The notes beneath the pieces were generated by a model. That model worked only from the letters and a program-made list of their open reading frames with translations, was not told the origin of the DNA and searched no databases. From Angustibacter luteus (GTDB lineage Bacteria > Actinomycetota > Actinomycetes > Actinomycetales > Angustibacteraceae), in the NCBI RefSeq assembly GCF_039541115.1, contig NZ_BAABFP010000005.1, positions 806,001 through 870,000 of the forward strand: DNA of 64,000 nucleotides, given 5' to 3'. The position numbers were made by a program, and so were the translations under genes. Below, one piece after another: positions 58,512-64,000 of this stretch. Positions within the stretch are counted from its first letter, which is position 1, and each line of letters starts with the position of its first letter.

Positions 58512-60032
58512 GTGAGCCTGCGGACGGTGAAGGGTCCGACCGACCACGTGGTCGTCGTCGGGGCTGGGCTCGGCGGCCTGTCGGCGGCGATGCGGCTGGC
58601 GGGTGCCAGGCGCCGAGTCACCCTGCTGGAGCGCGAGGACCGGCCCGGCGGGCGCGCCGGACTGGTCGAGCTGGCCGCGCCGGACGGCGCCGGCACGTAC
58701 CGCTTCGACAACGGACCGACGGTGCTGACGATGCCGGACCTGATCGAGGACTGCTTCGACGCCCTCGGCGAGTCCATGGGCGACTGGTTGCAGCTGGAGC
58801 CGGTCGCGCCGCTCTACCGCAGCCTGCACGCGGACGGGTCGCGGATCGACGTGCACGCCGATCCGGTGGCGATGGCGGAGGAGCTGCGGCAGGTGTGCGG
58901 ACCGGCCGAGGCGGCCGGCTTCGAGCGCTACGTCGAGTTCGTCACGAAGCTCTACCGCTACGAGATGAGCGACTTCATCGACCGCAACATCGACTCCCCG
59001 CTGGACCTGCTCACGCCGAACCTCGCCCGGCTGGCCGGGATCGGCGCGTTCCGCCGGCTGGCACCGAAGGTCGGGCAGTACCTCAAGGACGACCGGACCC
59101 AGCGCCTGTTCAGCTTCCAGGCGATGTACGCCGGTCTCTCGCCGTACGACGCCCTCGCGATCTACGCCGTGATCGCCTACATGGACTCCGTGGCCGGGGT
59201 GTTCTTCCCCAAGGGCGGGATGCACGCCGTCCCCCTGGCGATGGCCGGCGCCGCCGAGAAGCACGGGGTCGACCTGCGCTACGGCACGACGGTGACCCGG
59301 GTCGAGCACCGCGGCGGGCGCGCTGTCGCCGTGCACACCTCCACCGGCGAGCGGATCGCCGCGGACGTCGTCGTGCTCAACCCGGACCTGCCGGTCGCCC
59401 AGCGCGAGCTGCTCGGCCGCAACCCCTGGTCGATCCGTCGGCTGCGCTACTCCCCCTCGTGCTTCCTGCTCCTCGCCGGGTCACGGCGGCGGTACGACAC
59501 CGGCGCGCACCACACCATCCACTTCGGCCGGGCCTGGCGAGAGGTCTTCGACGAGCTCGGCTCGGGGCGGTTGATGAGCGACCCCTCCGTGCTGGTCACC
59601 AACCCCACACGATCGGACCCGTCGTTGGCACCGGAGGGACGCGAGATCTACTACACGCTGTTCCCGGTGCCGAACCTCGACGCCGACCTGGACTGGGTCA
59701 CGCTGGCGCCGCGCTACCGCGAGCACGTGCTGGAGACGTTGGAGGCCCGCGGCTACGACGGCTTCGGCGACGCGATCGAGGTCGAGGACGTGACGACCCC
59801 GCTGGACTGGGCCGCGCGCGGCATGGAGCGCGGCGCGCCCTTCGCGGCCGCGCACACCTTCCTGCAGACGGGGCCGTTCCGGCCGCGCAACATCTGGGGC
59901 GAGAACGTCGTGTTCACCGGGTCGGGGACGCAGCCGGGCGTCGGCGTGCCGATGGTCCTGGTGTCCGGACGCCTGGCGGCAGAACGGGTGCTGGGGGTCG
60001 ACCCCGGCTACCGCTCGCGGGCCCGGCGATGA
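58512..60032 (+). CDS. crtI: Phytoene desaturase
   Basis: VVGAGLGGL, FDNGPTVLTMP, FSFQAMYAG, GTQPGVGVPMVLVSG. Confidence 0.92.
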   Translation: MSLRTVKGPTDHVVVVGAGLGGLSAAMRLAGARRRVTLLEREDRPGGRAGLVELAAPDGAGTYRFDNGPTVLTMPDLIEDCFDALGESMGDWLQLEPVAPLYRSLHADGSRIDVHADPVAMAEELRQVCGPAEAAGFERYVEFVTKLYRYEMSDFIDRNIDSPLDLLTPNLARLAGIGAFRRLAPKVGQYLKDDRTQRLFSFQAMYAGLSPYDALAIYAVIAYMDSVAGVFFPKGGMHAVPLAMAGAAEKHGVDLRYGTTVTRVEHRGGRAVAVHTSTGERIAADVVVLNPDLPVAQRELLGRNPWSIRRLRYSPSCFLLLAGSRRRYDTGAHHTIHFGRAWREVFDELGSGRLMSDPSVLVTNPTRSDPSLAPEGREIYYTLFPVPNLDADLDWVTLAPRYREHVLETLEARGYDGFGDAIEVEDVTTPLDWAARGMERGAPFAAAHTFLQTGPFRPRNIWGENVVFTGSGTQPGVGVPMVLVSGRLAAERVLGVDPGYRSRARR

Positions 60033-60502
60033 CCGGCCAGCGTCTCGCGGACCACCGCCACGACCCACAGCGGCCGACGCTGCAGGTCGCGGTAGGTGAA
60101 GCGCAGCATCAGGAAGTTCACCCAGCCCACCTGGTCGACGAAGACCTGGCTCTGGACCGGGCCGAGGTCATGGGTCAGCAGGAGCACGCGGGCCGCGCTC
60201 TCCAGCACAGACTGCGCCTTCGCGTCGACCAGGCGGACGGCGCGTCGGATCCCCGGACGGCCGAAGATCTCGAGACCGTGGTACTCGGCGGCGGCGCCGC
60301 AGCTGAGGACGCCGTTGACGCGGACGGCGACGGTCACGGGGTCCTCCCGGGCGCCCTCGAGGACGTAGAGGCCGCGTGCCTCGCGATGCACCTACCCCGT
60401 GCCGCACGCCCGACGCAGGGCGCTGCGGCTGACCCCGTGCCCGGCCAGCTCGGCCCACCTCGCGGCACCACCCAGATCGGTCAGCGCGGCCACCGGGTCC
60501 AT
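60008..60502 (-). pseudogene. Degenerate AbiEi-like/DUF559 endonuclease-family gene
   Basis: MDPVAALTDLGGAARWAEL...G* then in-frame VHREARGLY...VLSCGAAA...AQSVLESAARV...LRFTYRDL; internal TAG at 60394-60392 and apparent deletions. Confidence 0.65.
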
Positions 60503-60561
60503 GACTCCAGGGTTTCGTGGATGGCGTCGCCCTCGCTGAGGCTGTCCACAGGCCCGGCGTG

Positions 60562-60647
60562 TGCAGAGATCTACAGCCTTGTGCCGCTGCAGCGTCCCAG
60601 GAGCTCACCCACGTCACGGCCGTTGCACAAGGCTGTAGATCTCTGCA
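60562..60647. repeat. Perfect 23-bp inverted repeat with a 40-bp spacer
   Basis: TGCAGAGATCTACAGCCTTGTGC / GCACAAGGCTGTAGATCTCTGCA. Confidence 0.9.
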
Positions 60648-60657
60648 AGGAGCGGGT

Positions 60658-61590
60658 ATGACGAGGTGGTTCGACCGGTCGCTGGACGCCGCCGGCATCC
60701 AGGACCCGTTCCTGCGTCACGCCTTCGAGCAGTGCCGCCTGGTCAACGCCGAGCACGGCAAGACCTACTACCTGTCGTCCCTGCTGCTCCCGGCCGACCG
60801 CCGCCCGCACGTGTTCGCGCTCTACGCGTTCAGCCGCACGGCCGACGAGTTCGTGGACGACCTGGAGGCGCCCGACCCCGAGGGGTTGCGCCGGTGGGGG
60901 GCAAAGGCCCTGCAGGACCTAGCCACGGGCACGTCCACCGACCCGGTCATCGCCGCGGCGGCGCACACGGTGGCCACCTTCGACCTGGACCTGACCCTGT
61001 TCGAGGACTTCCTCGCCGCCATGCGCCAGGACATCGACACGACGCGATACCAGACCTTCGAAGACCTTCGTGGCTACATGTGGGGCTCGGCCGCCGTGAT
61101 CGGGCTGATGATGCTGCCCCTGCTCGGCCCCCTGCACGAGGACGCCCGCGAGCACGCCGTGGCGCTGGGCGAGGCGTTCCAGCTGGCGAACTTCATCCGC
61201 GACGTGGGCGAGGACCTGCAGCGCGGCCGGGTCTACCTGCCCCTGGACGACCTGGACCGATGCGGAGTCACCCCGGAGGACCTGGCCCGGGGCACCGTCA
61301 CCCCGGCCATCCGCCGCCTGCTCCAACTGGAGATCGCCCGCACCCGGGAGATCTTCGCCTTCGCGGCTCGCGGCGTGCCCCTCGTGCGGCCCGAGAGCCG
61401 GCCCTGCCTGACCACCGCCGTCCGGCTCTACGGCGGCATCCTGGACGAGGTCGAGAAGGCGGACTACCAGGTGCTCACCCAGCGGGTCAGCGTGCCGAAC
61501 CGACGCCGGGCCGCCGTCGCCCTACCCCAGCTGGTCCGAGCCGTCGGCGCCCGGCGCGACGACCGCCGTTGGCACCTCGCGGCGACCTGA
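60658..61590 (+). CDS. crtB: Phytoene synthase
   Basis: HGKTYY, LYAFSRTADEFVDD, YMWGSAAVIG, AFQLANFIRDVGEDLQRGRVYLP. Confidence 0.93.
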   Translation: MTRWFDRSLDAAGIQDPFLRHAFEQCRLVNAEHGKTYYLSSLLLPADRRPHVFALYAFSRTADEFVDDLEAPDPEGLRRWGAKALQDLATGTSTDPVIAAAAHTVATFDLDLTLFEDFLAAMRQDIDTTRYQTFEDLRGYMWGSAAVIGLMMLPLLGPLHEDAREHAVALGEAFQLANFIRDVGEDLQRGRVYLPLDDLDRCGVTPEDLARGTVTPAIRRLLQLEIARTREIFAFAARGVPLVRPESRPCLTTAVRLYGGILDEVEKADYQVLTQRVSVPNRRRAAVALPQLVRAVGARRDDRRWHLAAT

Positions 61591-61929
61591 CCGCACCCGG
61601 TCGCGCTGCACCCCGCGACGACCCCAGAACACCCACCAGGACAGCGTCTGCAGGACCAGCGAGAAGCCGAATGCGAGGTCCTCCACCGGCGCGTACAGCA
61701 CCCGCCAGTGACCGAACGCCACGGCTTCACCCGTGCCCAGGATCGCCGAGCCGGAGTAGGTGACCACGCCTCGGCCGGTGAGCCAGCCGTTGGTGAGCAG
61801 CTGGAAGAAGACGATGATCGCGTAGGACACCCAGAACGCCTTGCGCGCCAGCAGCCGGGTACGCAGCAGCGCGAGGTCGAGCAGCACTGCGAGCGGCACC
61901 GCGACGAGGCAGAGCTGGGTGTAGGTCAT
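61522..61929 (-). CDS. Heterodimeric lycopene cyclase subunit (CrtYd-like)
   Basis: Hydrophobic, NGWLT...APVEDLAFG. Confidence 0.8.
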   Translation of the reverse strand: MTYTQLCLVAVPLAVLLDLALLRTRLLARKAFWVSYAIIVFFQLLTNGWLTGRGVVTYSGSAILGTGEAVAFGHWRVLYAPVEDLAFGFSLVLQTLSWWVFWGRRGVQRDRVRSGRREVPTAVVAPGADGSDQLG

Positions 61930-62255
61930 CGCTCGTCACCGACCGGCCACCCGCGCACCCGCCGGACCGCCTCCAGCGTCATCACCGCAGCGAGCGGCAC
62001 GACGAGGAAGAAGGCGGCCTCCTCGAGCGGGAGCCCACCCGGCAGCCGGACGGCCAGCACCTGCGAGGGGTCGAACTGCCAGTGGTCCTGGGCGATGGCG
62101 TAGAGGTCCCAGGCCAGGAACAGGGGCGCCACGCACAGGACGGACAGGCCCAGCCGTCGCCAGCGCCGGTACACCCCGACCTTGAGGTAGAGCTCCAGGG
62201 GCAGCGTCCCCAGCAGGCAGAACGCGAGCATGCCCAGATAGCTCAGGTGGCGCAC
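61926..62255 (-). CDS. Heterodimeric lycopene cyclase subunit (CrtYc-like)
   Basis: FLAWDLYAI...W.F...LPLEEAAFF. Confidence 0.82.
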   Translation of the reverse strand: MRHLSYLGMLAFCLLGTLPLELYLKVGVYRRWRRLGLSVLCVAPLFLAWDLYAIAQDHWQFDPSQVLAVRLPGGLPLEEAAFFLVVPLAAVMTLEAVRRVRGWPVGDER

Positions 62256-62262
62256 CGAAGGC

Positions 62263-62619
62263 TCAGATCGCCAGGGCCTGCGCCCGACGCCGGACCTCGG
62301 TCTTGTGCCCCGCGTGCAGGGCACCGATCGGGCTCCCACCGGTGATCGAGTCGTCCGGGGTGAACAGCCAACGCAGCGCGTCCTCACCCTCGTAGCCGGC
62401 GTCCGCCAGCACGGTGACGGTACCCGGCAGCTCGGGCAGCAGCCCCTCGGCGCCGAGCAGCCCCGCCGGTACGGACAGGATGTTGCGGTCCCCCCGCCGG
62501 ACGGCGATGAGCTGGCCGTCGTGCACCATGCCGCGCACCTTCATGATGCCGATGTCGAGCCGCTCGGCGACGTCGGGCAGGGTCAGCCAGTCGCCCACGA
62601 GGGCGTCGAGTTCGGTCAC
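62263..62619 (-). CDS. Rv2175c-family DNA-binding protein
   Basis: WLTLPDVAERL, GTVTVLADAGY, WLFTPDDS, EVRRRAQALA. Confidence 0.88.
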   Translation of the reverse strand: MTELDALVGDWLTLPDVAERLDIGIMKVRGMVHDGQLIAVRRGDRNILSVPAGLLGAEGLLPELPGTVTVLADAGYEGEDALRWLFTPDDSITGGSPIGALHAGHKTEVRRRAQALAI

Positions 62620-62825
62620 GAGGCCAGCCTGCCACGACCGCGGCCACGGGAGTAACCGTCACCCGAAACGACGAATTACAGCGGTGTAACTCTTCTGCCG
62701 CAACGGATTTCGTGTACCTTCACATGAGTATCGCTTGTCACACCCGTCACTTGGGGCACGCTGGTCACCGGCCCGCCCCCGCCGCCGGCGATCGGCGCAC
62801 GACGAGATCGAGGGGAACCCCATCC

Positions 62826-63920
62826 ATGCCGGTCATCATCACCGCAGCGTTGGCCACCGCGCCGTTCCTGCTCAGCTCGGGCGCCGGGTCGTGGACGAGC
62901 TACACGGTCCAGCCTGGCGACACCCTCTGGGACATCGCCAGCAGGCACCACACCGACGTGCGCAGCCTCATCCGGGCCAACCACCTCAGCGCCGGCGGCC
63001 ACATGATCCGGATCGGGACGAAGATCAAGGTCCCCGGGCACGCCCGCACCGCGGCGACCCGCCCCGCCGCCGCCCGGACCGCGACGTACCTCGTCCGCTC
63101 CGGTGACACGGTCAGCGACATCGCGCACCGGCTCAAGGTCTCCCCCGGCACCCTGCTGCGGCTCAACCACCTCGACGCCCGTGGGCGCATCTACGTCGGG
63201 CAGCACCTGAAGGTGCCGGCCAGTGCCCTGCGCGCCCAGACGAAGGCGAAGGCCGCCAGGGCCGCCGCACTGCGGTACACGACGTACCGGGTGCGCAGCG
63301 GGGACACCCTGAGCGCCGTCGCCGTGCGGTCCCGCACGTCACTGGCGACGGTGCTGAAGCTGAACCACCTGCACCTGAGCTCGGTGATCCACCCCGGGCA
63401 GGCGCTGCGGGTCCCCCGGCACGCCGCAGCCAGGACCAGCCACAACACGTTCGCCGGGCGCACCTACTCCAGCGCCGTCGTCCGCGCCGCCGACGCGAAC
63501 CGGCACAAGCTGGCCAGCCGGGCCGTCCCGGGCAAGGAGGCCACCAAGCGCATGATCGTGCGCACCGCCAAGCGCTACGGCGTCAACCCGGCGCTGGCCC
63601 TGGCCGTGGCCTGGCAGGAGTCGGGCTGGAACCAGCGGCAGGTCTCGGTGGCCAACGCGATCGGCACCATGCAGGTCATCCCGTCGTCCGGTCGCTGGGC
63701 CGGCGAGCTGGTCGGGCGGCGCCTCAACCTGCTCAACACCCAGGACAACATCACCGCCGGCGTGGTGATCCTGCGGGCGCTGAACCACTCGGCGAAGACC
63801 CCGGACGCTGCGATCGCCGGGTACTACCAGGGGCTGGGCTCGGTCCAGAAGAACGGCATGTTCGCGGACACCAAGCGCTACGTAGCCAGCATCAAGGTGC
63901 TCGTGAAGCGGTTCGGCTGA
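62826..63920 (+). CDS. LysM x3 lytic transglycosylase (SLT)
   Basis: Three YxVxxGDT LysM repeats; AWQESGW, AIGTMQV, AGYYQG. Confidence 0.9.
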   Translation: MPVIITAALATAPFLLSSGAGSWTSYTVQPGDTLWDIASRHHTDVRSLIRANHLSAGGHMIRIGTKIKVPGHARTAATRPAAARTATYLVRSGDTVSDIAHRLKVSPGTLLRLNHLDARGRIYVGQHLKVPASALRAQTKAKAARAAALRYTTYRVRSGDTLSAVAVRSRTSLATVLKLNHLHLSSVIHPGQALRVPRHAAARTSHNTFAGRTYSSAVVRAADANRHKLASRAVPGKEATKRMIVRTAKRYGVNPALALAVAWQESGWNQRQVSVANAIGTMQVIPSSGRWAGELVGRRLNLLNTQDNITAGVVILRALNHSAKTPDAAIAGYYQGLGSVQKNGMFADTKRYVASIKVLVKRFG

Positions 63921-64000
63921 CGTGACGCGGGCCACCCAGGACGTCGGGCCGCGTGCTCGTGCCGTGCGTCGCCTCCCCGACGACGCGCCTCGGCGACCGT

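Noticed and set aside
62620..62825. c-di-AMP (ydaO) riboswitch before the cell-wall hydrolase
   Set aside because: The conserved ydaO sequence blocks were not recognised by eye.

Overview
High-GC actinobacterial chromosome segment; the lineage is inferred from gene content and the many leaderless promoters. No rRNA, tRNA, CRISPR array, integrase or transposase was seen. Left to right: (1) small housekeeping and membrane genes and ppk2; (2) an IclR-regulated aromatic ring-cleavage cluster (amidohydrolase, CoA-transferase, citryl-CoA-lyase-like, LigB/LigA-like, oxidoreductase); (3) katE-GT2 divergent from an acyl-CoA dehydrogenase and a PIG-L/methyltransferase fusion; (4) an OmpR two-component system with a visible three-promoter regulon of glycosyltransferases, an epimerase and a Mo-oxidoreductase; (5) transporters and a peptidase; (6) an accessory stretch (~31-43.4 kb) whose distal part consists of single genes with their own promoters, separated by a recurring GCGGCAGAT-core repeat, which looks like a gene-cassette array; (7) nrdJ-nrdR-LysM-lexA with NrdR and SOS boxes; (8) a contiguous carotenoid-glycoside gene set interleaved with metF and a CDP-alcohol phosphatidyltransferase that lacks a canonical start codon; (9) an Rv2175c-like gene and a LysM lytic transglycosylase. 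All family calls come from motif recognition by eye, not database searches.
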